From NCBI GenBank assembly GCA_002269645.1, contig NIVC01002148.1:48676-80310 (forward strand): 31,635 nucleotides of DNA. Reading direction: 5' to 3'. How positions within the stretch are numbered: the first letter of the stretch is position 1; the number at the start of each line of letters is the position of its first letter. The notes beneath the pieces were generated by a model. It was not told the DNA's origin. It worked only from the letters and a program-made list of their open reading frames with translations, and did not search any database. The position numbers and the translations under genes were made by a program. Shown here in pieces: positions 20,666 through 31,485 of the stretch. The stretch comes from Macrostomum lignano (Eukaryota).

Positions 20666-23544
20666 ATGGCCGAGGGCTTGTTCGAAAGCTTTGACGAAAT
20701 CGAGTGCCACTCCAAGTGGCTGCCCGAGCTCAATTGCGACAGCCAAGAAGTTGACAAAATCCTCGAGGAGCTCCATTGGCAAAGCGACAATTATCCTTGG
20801 CTGAAAGGTTTATGCTTGCTCGCCATCGCGCACCTGCACACTCTGCCAGGGTCATGTGACATCGAAAAGGCACGAGAGAAACTCGAATCGATTAAGCCGT
20901 GTGAAGCAGTTTCAGGTGATCTGCCACAGCCGGATGTTAAATTTCTAGTTAAAGCAATGGAGCTCAAACTTCGAATAATGGAGTCACAACCAAGTCTGCC
21001 ATCCAAATACAAAGACCGGCTGGAGGAATTGTCAAACCTGTGGAAAGATAAGTCAGTTCAGGCCACTTGCTTTGTTGCCAAAGGCTGGACAATGCACTGG
21101 TTTGCTGTCGGCAATAATCGAGAGGATTCTTTCCAAATTTGTGCTTCGTCTTTGTTAAAAGCGAAATCAATTATTGAAGGCGTAACTGGTGAAACTGAGA
21201 AGCTTAAAGTGGTTGAATTTATCTGCCTGTACAGTTTGGCGTTCGCCTTCTTCCGGAGACGAGAAAATCACCATCGACTGTGCAATGATGAGTTTGTCTG
21301 CTGGGACAATGCGTACAAAATTTTGACAGACAAAGAGTGGCGGCATCCAATTTTCTTGCTGGAGTTCGCTAGGGCAGTCTCTTGTTCACCTGGTCACGTA
21401 GAGTTGTGCAAAAAACTGTTAGCGGAAGAGAAAAAAAATCGAGAACAACAGGAGAAGTATTATCAAACGTACATCATTTTGCCGGATATATTTTCGTGGC
21501 TGAAGAAGACACGAAAAAATGATACATTTTTGATCGAACTTGAAAAAGATATCAGCAGTTTGCTTGAAGAAGGAAGAAAAATCGAAAAACTACAACAACA
21601 TAAAAAATTTTTGCGTCGAATAGTTGAGTTTCTAATCAGCTGCTCAAGACGAGAAGACGCCAGAGAGCTGTTGCAGAACACAAAGGAGGAGAGGAACACA
21701 GAGCTCTATAGGCCATCCAGCAAATACTGGTTCGAAATAACGCTGATCGCTTTAGAAATACCCAAAACAGCCAAGGGATGCCAGAAGCTACAGCCTAAAG
21801 AGATCGAATCCTTCCTATACCGACTAGAAAACCTGTGCACAAACGTTCCGTCAAAAGCAAGGCAAGTTCGACTGACAAAAGGCATTTTTTTAATAAAGTG
21901 CGGCTACATCGATGAGGGCATGAAGTGCTTAGCGTGGGCCATGAATGACTACCTGCATCCAGCACAAAGCTTCAAGCCGTTTTTGCCAAAAGAAATTAAA
22001 GAAGCTAAAACGGTTTTAGAAGAAACAACGGACAAAAAAAAGTACCTGAATTGGGTTGAAAGTCAATTCGAAACTCATTCGGCATTTTATCACGTCGATG
22101 ACTCGATACAAAAGTACCAGACTGAGCTGAATAGGCAGGATTTAACAGAAGATGAGACATTTTTCATTACCGAGCACCTCGGAAGGCTGCTGTTGAGGAA
22201 GTACAGGTTTGAAGAGGCGGAGCAAAAGTTCAGGTCTCTGCCTGAGGCTCTGGAGCACAAAAACGCAATGATTGCTGACTCCCTCTTGTGTCAGGCAGAG
22301 AGCTTGTCGAGCGGTGATGACGTCACAGAAGTATGCAAGCTACAGGAGTTTAAAGCACAGCCAGATAATGCAGTCCACACAACCAGCATCGGGATGCGGC
22401 TGTACCTGCTGAACGAGTGTGCAAAGCTGGGCTGCAGAGACGCCATTCATGAGGCGCTGCTACTGCTGGAGGACATCCGGAAGCAGAGTCACAGACAGAT
22501 CACTTGTTGCAGCAAGCTCCAAACCATTTGTTCCTGCACAGCACTTGCGTCTACGTGTTTGCTCTCGGCTGCTTCGGCTGAGAGAGCGGGGCTTCCAAAT
22601 TGAGCGAAGAAAAAGTTTTGTAGACTCTGGCGGTGACCAGATGGGTGACATGCTGGACAAAGTAGAGCAAATCTTGGCCACTGAGTTGTATCCAGAAGAA
22701 TTCGACTGAAAATGACACAGCTGAGCTTGAAGTATGAATCAGTAGAGGAAATGCTTCAGAGTCCCGAGGCTGAGCGCAGCATTTGGCACACGCTGGAGGA
22801 GTCCCGAAAAGCACTCGATAGCTTCTGGGCTCAATTCGTCTCTAAAGTGGAGAAGCAGAAACATGGCTCCCAGTCTAAAGCGATATATTATCCATATTAT
22901 CCATTTGCCCGCCGTGATTTGAAAAGCAGCAATGATAGTTTTTCAAACCTTTTCAAAAACAATTGGAGAGATCAAGCAAAACTGTTTACTTCACTGTTGC
23001 AAACCATGAAAAGCACTGTTGAATGTCTCGACAAGGCTAATGAGAACGGAGTTGAAATTAATGCATGCGTGAAGGATCTGGAAGATATTGACGAAGCTAA
23101 GTTAAAAGATGAAGTGTCAGATGACCAGCTAAACGATTTCAAACAGCAGCTGGAGAAGCTCAAGCAATTTTTCAACCCTGCTACCACTGACCAATTAAGT
23201 CAAATCAAGCAGGCTCAATCAAGAGGCTTAGAAATTCCAGTGAGAAATTTAACGAAATGCTACAGAAACCATTCCCACTCGCGTTTCGAGCGAATGACGA
23301 AGTCTGTAAATGGATGATACGGAAGGAAGAGGCCATTGATTCTAACCACGGTTGTTGGCATGTACACTGGTGCGACGAAGTCAACTCAGATAAGCACATT
23401 TATCCGGTTGATGTTGCCAAATTCAACGAAAAAATCAAAGAAAGATTTAATCAGAAGCAGAGTGGGCCAGTAGATGTTCTGGCTTTGGCTCATTACGCTG
23501 CGGAATTCGCTGAAGAGGCCAGGCTCGTTCTCGAAGAGTACACG
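20666..23544 (+). pseudogene. Large first coding exon: IFIT-like TPR region + HEPN-like region, with three apparent frameshifts (~22495, ~22690, ~23200-23250)
   Basis: 661-codon ORF 20618..22603 (likely start AGC-ATG-G at 20666), helical, with ECHSKW (20702-19) and KGW (21080-88). Continues through 22419..22709, 22712..23317 and 23257..23559. Ends at the donor ACG|GTAAGT (23545). Could be a real pseudogene or assembly indels. Confidence 0.75.
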
Positions 23545-23991
23545 GTAAGTTTTTCTTAATTCTATGTTTTAAGAATCAAAGTATCTGTTTTTTGATTAGA
23601 CATTGTAAAATGGAGATCACCAAACAAAGATGATTCAAATGCTGTTTTTAAGCTCTTTTCGATAGTGTAGCAGGTGTAATTTTACTTATTTGTTCGATCT
23701 CGCAATTTCCACTAAATACCACCAAGTTGTAGCAGATTTATTTGTTCTGCCTAATTGAATCACTCCGTTTGTCAACAAGTTACCAACGTATGACTCTTTT
23801 CTAGGAAATTTCCTGATTCACTAGATTTCTTTGGTAAGACACTGTTCTAAATTCATAAATTAAGCCCGAAATTACAGCGTTTCCGGGGACCAAGGGTGTC
23901 CGGCGGCGAGCCTTAATACCTAATATTTGTCTGTCTTCTAATGCCTAATAATTAACATCTAATCTTATGACCTTCTTAATACCCCTTGAGG

Positions 23992-24107
23992 CTGTACGGC
24001 TTTATCTCTACTGGGTCTGTTCGACCTCTATTGCCTGTGCGGCCTTTTTCCTACTTCTGGGTCTGTACGACCTTTATTGCCTGTACGGTCGTTTCCCTAC
24101 TTCTGGG
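23992..24107. repeat. Short tandem repeat, ~2.5 x 46 bp, intronic
   Basis: CTGGGTCTGT(T/A)CGACCT(C/T)TATTGCCTGT..CCTACTT units start at 24011 and 24057; a third CTGGG starts at 24103. Confidence 0.85.
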
Positions 24108-24714
24108 ATAAGAAATGAATAAGCAAAGATCATCTGTCAGCAGAAATTTCCTTTATCAAAAGAGGCAAGCTAGGAACAAACTGGAGCTTGCTCAAGTTAG
24201 CTAGTTTTATTTTCATGCCAGGCGAAGCCTTTTTATAGTAAACAAACGTGTGGGGTGCATCGTAATTGGCGGGGACAACTTAAAACAAAATTAGATGAAA
24301 ATTTTATCAGAAATAGGATTTACAACAAATAATACCGTATTAAAACAAAAAATTTATTTTTGGTTGCTAAATTAGCAACCATTGCGATTTTTGGTCGCAT
24401 GTAGCTACTTATAGTAATGAAATGGGGATTGGCAGACCCCACTTTAATAGCGAAAGGTAGACGTGTGAAATACTTTGCTAAGCTATGATATCAGCATAAA
24501 TTTAAATTCACCTAGAAGCTCGGCTGGAAATAAAAAATACGGATTCTATTCAACTTTTTCTATTCTCAAACACTGTTTTCAAGCTCTTATAGATTAATTT
24601 GAGAACCGAAAGTAGTGGGTTAAAATTTGCATACATTTAATTTACCGACTGATTTATAAGACTCGGTTTACAACCAATATACCCTTGTATCATAAAACTA
24701 AATTCGATTTGCAG

Positions 24715-25351
24715 TACCCAGAGGTAACCATTCCAACGAAGCCAGACGCCATCGGTGAAAACTTCGAGTGGAGCCTTGTCTGCTACTCGTGTGCTCAGCC
24801 GAACGACGTCTTGCGCAGCAGATGGAGCCGCTTGCAGAATGAATGTGCCAACTGTGACAAGTGCATTCTGCTGGTCAGAGAGAAGGCCAGTGCGGCACCA
24901 AGTGACGTTTGGCAGCGGGTCCGACCCAGACCAAGGAAACTCGTCAAGCTGGACATGTGCAGGAGATACAGCGATATAGAATCCTGCAACGGCTGCAAGC
25001 GTTCTGAATGCGACTTTGCCCATGGAGATGCGGAGCTGCGGCTGTGGGAGCTGGAGAGAATCGGCAAGTTCTCCTTCAACAAGCTGCTGAAGTCCAATCG
25101 ATCAGCTGGGTCAGAACTGCCGCTGATTCTCTGGGAGCGGCCTGCGGTCGAAGAAGGCTCGGAGACCCGAATTTTCTACACGGGTCTTAAGCCGCTTATT
25201 CCTGCCAGACTCCCTGTGAAAGCACAAAATTCCTGCTATTCGCTCTGCAACTCGCTACTTGAAGGAACTGAGTGCCAGTATCAAGGCAAATGCTTCAATG
25301 CTCACTGTGCTGAGGAGGAGCAGCTGTGGAACATCATGCAGCAGAAAAGAG
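24715..25351 (+). CDS. Exon: zinc-finger module A, right copy
   Basis: Open frame in ORF 24685..25380, paralogous to 7157-7793. Acceptor TTTGCAG at 24714 (phase 0); donor GTAAAA at 25352 (phase 1). Confidence 0.85.
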
Positions 25352-25494
25352 GTAAAATCGAGATTCTTACAGAATTCTAATCTTTACGTTATAATATTGA
25401 ATAATAATTTACGAGTATATGGGATAAAGTTCAAGTGTGTTACGTATAATAACAAAGAGTTAACGTTCGAATTACAATCCAATAACCGTTTCAG

Positions 25495-25898
25495 ATAATT
25501 GGCCCGAACAGCTGGCTTCAGAAATCGACAAAATCGAGCCCGAACTCATTGGTTGGAGGCTCGAATCGAGCTGCGACTACAAGCTGACCTGCTACAGGTG
25601 CTCCGAATCACTGGATCCTCTGAGAAGCAGATTCAAGCTGAAGGAAACACAGAACTGTGAGCGGTGCGACCAGAGCATCCTGCTGGTCAGATCGAAGAAC
25701 AATCAAATCAACAAGTGGCAACGCATCCGAGACAGACAAGGACATCTGGTCATATGTGATCTCTACCAATCAAACAAATGCAGGCGCTCCGAATGTGACT
25801 TCGCTCATGGCGATGTGGAACTGAAGCTGTGGAAGCTGGAGAGAATCGGCAAGTTCTCTTTCAACAAGCTGCTGAAGTCCAATCGATCAGCTATGTAA
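25495..25898 (+). CDS. Exon: truncated zinc-finger module B, right copy (missed by the ORF track because it has no start codon)
   Basis: Acceptor TTTCAG ends at 25494. Open frame D-NWPEQLASEIDKIEP..KLTCYRC..CDFAHGDVEL..KSNRSAM* (TAA 25896-98). The second half of the module and ~0.8 kb of intron present in the left copy are absent. Confidence 0.8.
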
Positions 25899-26064
25899 GA
25901 AGTGTATTCTTAGTTACCAGAGATATACTGTGTGGCGACTAAATCATGTTACCCTTCCCATTCTAATCGAGAAACACATTTTTGTGGCCTCATTACCCAC
26001 ATGTACAACACAGTATTGCCTCTTATACCAGTGGCTCGTATCCAACACGCCCAATTAAATTTAG

Positions 26065-26270
26065 AGAAATGGCCTCAGGAGCTGCGAGCACTGATCGACC
26101 AAATCCAGCAGTCTCAGCCACTGCAGCAGCAGTAGCAGCAAGGAAGTCGTCAAGCTGAAGTTTGGGATCCTCTTACCCACCATAACAGCAAGGAAGTCGG
26201 CCGCCAGCAACAGCAGGTCAGCAGGACAAATTTGCCAGCAGAGCTCCAAGAGAAAACAGATGTGCAAACC
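26065..26270 (+). pseudogene. Remnant terminal exon of the right copy
   Basis: EKWPQELRALIDQIQQSQPLQQQ* with TAG at 26133-35 inside the CAG run; paralogous to 9475-9827. Confidence 0.7.
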
Positions 26271-28705
26271 TGCTCGAAGTTGATGGCGTTTAACTTTTCA
26301 TAGTGGTCGACAAGCAAAACATTTCTCTTACAATTTTCTGATTATAGTTAATAACTTGACCCACATTATATAGCCGTCATTTTGATAGAAGCATCGTTTA
26401 CTAGGATTCTATTAGAAGTAAGTGATATTGTTTTGCAGCTCTGCTATTATTACTCATGCTCATGACAGCGACTTTTTCTTCAAGTTTCGGTTGATAAATA
26501 GTTGCAGTTTTTCCGGGATCGGAACTTCGTCTCTGTAAAGGTTTTGATGATGCTGATTAAGATTTTTATGTAGCTTCAATCCAAGTCTATGTAGCTTAAA
26601 GCCAACCCCGGGGCATGAGAAATGAGGGGTTTTAAGGTGGCGAGATTCTTAATGGGGATTAATTTTATACAGTATATCAATTTAAACTTGAAGAGAGGCA
26701 TAGAGACCTATTCCAGTTTAGGTAGATTCATTCTTGGCTTAATTTTTTTAGTTACTAGTGTTAAGATAGTGGGTTGCTTTAGGTGTAATTGCCAATAGCT
26801 GATATGTTCTATTTCAATAGGTGAATTCGTATTCCTCTTTTACATGTATAATACTCGTACAATGCTTCTTAACTTCGTGCAGTACACAGCTTTGTCTATA
26901 CCGGTATGTTTGCATTCTCCGTAGTTAATCTTTTATTCTTTCTGAGACAACTATATTTATATATATAGTTTTAGCACGAGAAAACTTGAGCTCTGAACTC
27001 ACAAGCCGATATTTATAATACGAGCTGCTATATACCTTTGAGCTGCCCTCTAGCCTCAAAAACACTTAAGGCTGTTTGATGCGCTATAGTTTTTTGGGCT
27101 AAAATGTACTTTTCAGTATAATCAGTTATTATATATCTATATATGATCGAGAAACACGATGAAAATTTCATCAGCTCTGGGTCTTGAAACAAAGTCTATA
27201 CTGCACAACACAAAAAGCACTATGGGTTTAAAATAATGATGCACACTAATTACAAAATAAAGGATCATCACGTTCAAATAAAGAATTGGCCAAAAAAAGT
27301 GAATACAGCGAATGTACGCTGTCATACGGCGACATTCATTTCGTGATTATCTGTTGCACATTTTAATTTTAAATACGACTACACAATTTTGGTGATGGAT
27401 AAAGCGAATATTCCTTTGAAGTTTTGCCTTCCTGCGCAAAAAAATTGTCTAAGGTTTTATCGCATTGTGTTTTTGTGTTTGCTTTCTGTATATGTTTCTG
27501 CGTTATTTGCGATGAGGTTTTTGCATCCCCTGTTCGAATGTTTTTTTTCCAATTTTTCAGCGCTTATCTCCTTTGTTTACTTACTCGCACGTACACTACG
27601 TTTTTAATCGCCCTTTTGTTAATCCAGATTGACTATTTATCCTATCCTGTACTCCGTTTACTTGACATGTACCTAATTATTTGATCCCATTTTCACTTTT
27701 GTTATTTCGCCATGAGTACTTTATCATAGCGATTACGAGCTACCGTGTATACCCATGATCGCCTAATGCACCTGCCGCCTTCGCTTCACGTACGCCCACC
27801 TTTTTCACCTTATCCGTTCTGATTTGTTATAATCGTAAATTTTAAGTCTTACCACTCTTACCAACTTTCGTTAAAGCCTGTGTCGACCCCGCTTTCTATT
27901 CAATTGAGAATCGAGATAAACCCAGCACAAGCCGAGGCTTCGTTTTATTTAATTTGCTTTTTCTAAACATAGCTAGCTCACTACTTTCAGTTCTCGGCAC
28001 AAACTAACTGCGTCACAGATGCCCAAGACTTTTCTTTCTTTTTAACGTAAGACAAACTTTGAGACAAAATCGATGCATTATCATCAATGGCAGTTCAGCA
28101 AGCATAAATTTGAGTCATATATCCGCATAACAACTGCAGAGGCTTTTATGTCAATTAATGAGGGTTGTGTTGTGTTGTGTCATAAGCTTGCTGACAACTG
28201 CAGGGATCGATTTCATAAAAAAGCTACAAGTGACAAGTCGACAAATGACAAGTGTCAAGCGTCAACGATTTTGGTTTCATAAACTCATTTTTGTGTCTAT
28301 GGTTGAACCACCGTTTGAAATCGATCCAGCCTTTAAACTGGAGTCTGAAGGACGGACTGAAGACCTGGACGAAGGTGGTGCCGTTCGACCAATTTCTACA
28401 GAAGTTGTTGCCGACTATATCTGATAAGAACGAGCCGATCAAGCGGAAACCCCACGGCGTCGCCTGATGTGCTAATGTGGGGCCTGTGCGACGATGTGAC
28501 GCGCGGCACAGTGATTTTAATGCCGCAGATCATGAGACAAATCAGGCAGTTGATCCCAAGTTTGGAGGCCAGAGCAGGAGATCGTATAACCTTCGTCCAC
28601 GTGGCCATGATAAACTATCGTATCATATCTAGGTCTGTGCGTTTGATAGTTAAATACAAAATATCAGAGCTGGCTCACTGAGAACTTTATTGTTCGTGTT
28701 ATCTA

Positions 28706-29021
28706 AGAAATAATAATAATTGATTACACCCGCCCCAATGGGCAGATGTGCAACCGACAGCTCAGCCGCAGCTATTGCGCGGCGCATCTGAAGGCTGCGT
28801 ACGGCTGTTCAGTCCAAGGACTGGGGGGTCGCCACACACACCCTCAATTACCCCAGCTAATGCTGGCACCCATTTTACAGCTGGGTGAACTGAAGCAATA
28901 CAGAGCTAAGTGTCTTGCTCAAAGACACAAATTGTTCCGAGAAGGATCGGGAATCGAACCACCGACTTTCAAGTCGTAAGTCCGACGCTCAACCGCTAGG
29001 CTACAACCCCTACTAATGCTA
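28706..29021 (-). mobile_element. tRNA-derived SINE with CORE-like central domain
   Basis: Minus strand: A box TAGCCTAGCGG (28993-29003), B box GGTTCGATTCC (28950-60), TGTGTCTTTGAGCAAGACACTT..CAGCTGTAAAATGGG (28868-28929) resembling the MIR/CORE block, and an (ATT)n tail at 28709-20. Flanking direct repeat GTGTTATCTA at 28696-705 and 29022-31. Confidence 0.85.
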
Positions 29022-29164
29022 GTGTTATCTAGCACTTGTCAAGTCTTGCTCTCGGCTCTTACATCCGACCGGAAATAATTGTTCTTTAAATGCGTCAAAT
29101 AGCACATAAAAAATGAATTGGGGGGAATCCCAAAATAACTGTCGAAACGACACGAAATTTGTGA

Positions 29165-29400
29165 GAATCGACAATTGGTGGCACATGTGACACAATTAAG
29201 AATCAAATTTTTAATTGTGCACTGCTGTGCCACAACTGTGCCACAACTGTGCCAGTTGTCTCAGCTATTTTTGAGTGCTTATAATTGTGCACAACTGTGC
29301 CATAAATGTACCATTTGGCACCATACGAGTAAATGTGCAGCTAGAAGCAGTTAAACTAGCGCGTACTGTGCCATTTGGCGTAAATTCTCCAGACGAGTGA
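29165..29400. repeat. TGTGCCA/TGGCAC-rich degenerate repeat patch
   Basis: Includes CTGTGCCACAA x2 plus CTGTGCCAGTTG at ~29225-29258; same motif family as 31013-31485. Confidence 0.7.
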
Positions 29401-30429
29401 ATTTGCAGTTTAAAGCAGTTGAACTAAGCGCATAATATGCTATCTGATGCTGTTATAGTTGACCCGTTAGTCAACTACGAGTTATGAAGTGTATGAAGTA
29501 GCTAAGATTTGCGAGAGGTCCTTCTCATGTTTAAATGAGGGAAGACAAATTGAAAAGAGTTGTTAATGTAAATTAAACTTTAAAATAATGTTGAGCGCGA
29601 ACATAAACAGATTAAAACAGTTGGAAAAAGGGATGTTGCATAAATACGTATATATTTAATGGGAAGTAGCAAATAGGACAAAAAACATGTATAAAACAGG
29701 AAAAAGGGGAGGCTGCGGAATTAAAAAATGCATACTAGAAGTTAACGGAAAGAAACATAACCGACAGCGGACATTGGACAGGAAACAAAAAACAACGTAA
29801 TTAAAAAGCGCGGTGCATGAAAATTGTGGTGCCAGCCAAAGAGTTTACACTTCTAATACATTTAAAACTAAAACATGCAATGTAACAAATTAACTACTGA
29901 GTCGACTACACGTGGCACAGGATTTTAATGTAACAACATGTATACATCTGATGTATTAATTTAAAAAGCACAAACAAACAACTAGATAAAAAACAAGCAA
30001 TTAGTGAAACCAACTCCAATACCTCTGTTCCCCTATACTTTTCTAGTTAGACAACAAGTCTGATTCCTGGTGCTATTGTAATTTACGAGTCTGGAACTAA
30101 CTATAGTAATGTAGTTGGTTACTTTATGTGGGAAAGAGCATATTTCCAGGGGAAAACAAAACCAGAAACATGAGGGAGACAGACCAAGCTACACGGGTCC
30201 CGCATCTGCCAAACAAGTTTAGTTTTGCTAGATGCAACAGCAGATATCCCGCGCTCAGTCCTCGCGAGTGCATTAGCCGCCTCCGACTGCACAGTGTCAG
30301 TGACATTGGCAGCCGCACCTTGACGAAGTTTCTTTACAGGCAAACGTCCGGATTGCTTTTCACGCCGACTGACGGTGATGGAGCATCGGACGTAGGTCTT
30401 TTCAATCGCTTTCATTGGTTGGGATGTCG

Positions 30430-30942
30430 ATTCCAGCCAGGTAGCAGGCGTGGCCGACCAGGCTCAGTAGAGCGACCGCTCAACGACGTTACCAAAATCT
30501 CGTCGTCGCTGAAGCACCCCCGCACCATCTCGCGGAGAAGTGCATTGAGGTTGGCCGGAGTCGTTGGTTCTTGATATATCCTTACTGGCCATGACCCTGG
30601 TCCGAGCGACGTTGGACGTAAAGGCGAAACCGATTGGCTGCAGAGGTGTTTTTTAAGGATTGAAGAGCGTTTGAGAGTAACAATAGGATATTTGCGCGAT
30701 CATAAATGAAGGACTATTAATTTCTTACCGTAGTATAATTTCTTTCCATTGTCGTCGACCAGCATGTTGTCAACTGTGACGGCAGGGTCCACGAGCTGAT
30801 CTAGATGGACGGCGAGATGCTGCGTGATCTGCTGCTTTAGTTCTTTTGTAATGGCGTCAATCAAACGCGGTTGCGCCATTTTCGAGCGTCTGAGCAGATC
30901 ATGCCGCAAGTTGGGAGTGAAAACCTGCCGGTCATCTGCCAA
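30430..30942 (-). pseudogene. Possible BEN-domain-like coding remnant
   Basis: ORF 30700..30942 (ending at a GTAAGA donor-like site, ~30729) and a hand-translated LNALLREMVRGCFSDDEILVTSLSGRSTEPGRPRL at 30445-30550, resembling the BEN F(T/S)xEE..SLxG..P motif. Stops and frameshifts are present. Confidence 0.3.
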
Positions 30943-31012
30943 AATCGAAGCTACTGACGTCGCAGCCTCAGTGCAAGTTGCACCGGGTGTGCGTCAAACA
31001 GTTTTGTTAGGT

Positions 31013-31485
31013 AATTAGCAATAAAAAAGGTTATTTGAGCCAAGTGTGCCAAGAAGGACAAAGACATATAACTGTGCCAAATGTCATAGCTGTGGCACAA
31101 CTGGTACAATTGTAGCAAGTGTGCCAAGTGTGCCAGTCTGTTTTAATAACCAATTAGCTATAAAAAGGATATTCGTGCCAAGTGTGCCAAGAAGGACAGT
31201 CCAAGACAGTTATATAACTGTGTCAAATAGTATAGCTGTGGCACAACTGGTACACTTGTAGTAAGTGCGCCAAGTGTGCCAAATGGTTTCCAAGGGGAAT
31301 TAGCTATAAAAAGGTTATTTGTGCCAGGTGTGCCAAATAGGACATACAAAGACATTTTACAAACTGTGCCAAATGGCATAGCTACGGCACAATTGGTACA
31401 ATTGTATCAAGTGTGCCAAATATGACATACAAAGACATTTATAACTCTGTCAAAGGGCATATTTGTGGCACAACTGGCACACTTA
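31013..31485. repeat. Degenerate satellite, ~140-146 bp unit x ~3.3, built from TGTGCCAA subrepeats
   Basis: AATTAGC(A/T)ATAAAAAGG unit starts at 31013, 31152 and 31298. Confidence 0.9.

Noticed and set aside
23260-23285. YRNHSH in ORF 22712..23317 as a canonical HEPN RxxxxH motif
   Set aside because: The spacing is R-x3-H. It overlaps the alternative frame that carries NSDKH and leads to the consensus splice donor, so it probably lies after the frameshift. Not fully excluded.
23600-23670. Small extra exon inside the 23545-24714 intron
   Set aside because: The only open frame after TTAG needs phase 1, which is incompatible with the phase-0 donor; no recognisable motif.
28252-28681. PIF/Harbinger transposase N-terminal remnant (RFWFHK, FDQFLQKLLPTI)
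   Set aside because: The resemblance is faint and spread over different frames; no DDE motifs or TIRs were seen.
28940-29010. Functional tRNA gene
   Set aside because: The acceptor stem does not pair, and the sequence continues into a CORE-like block and tail, so it is a SINE head.
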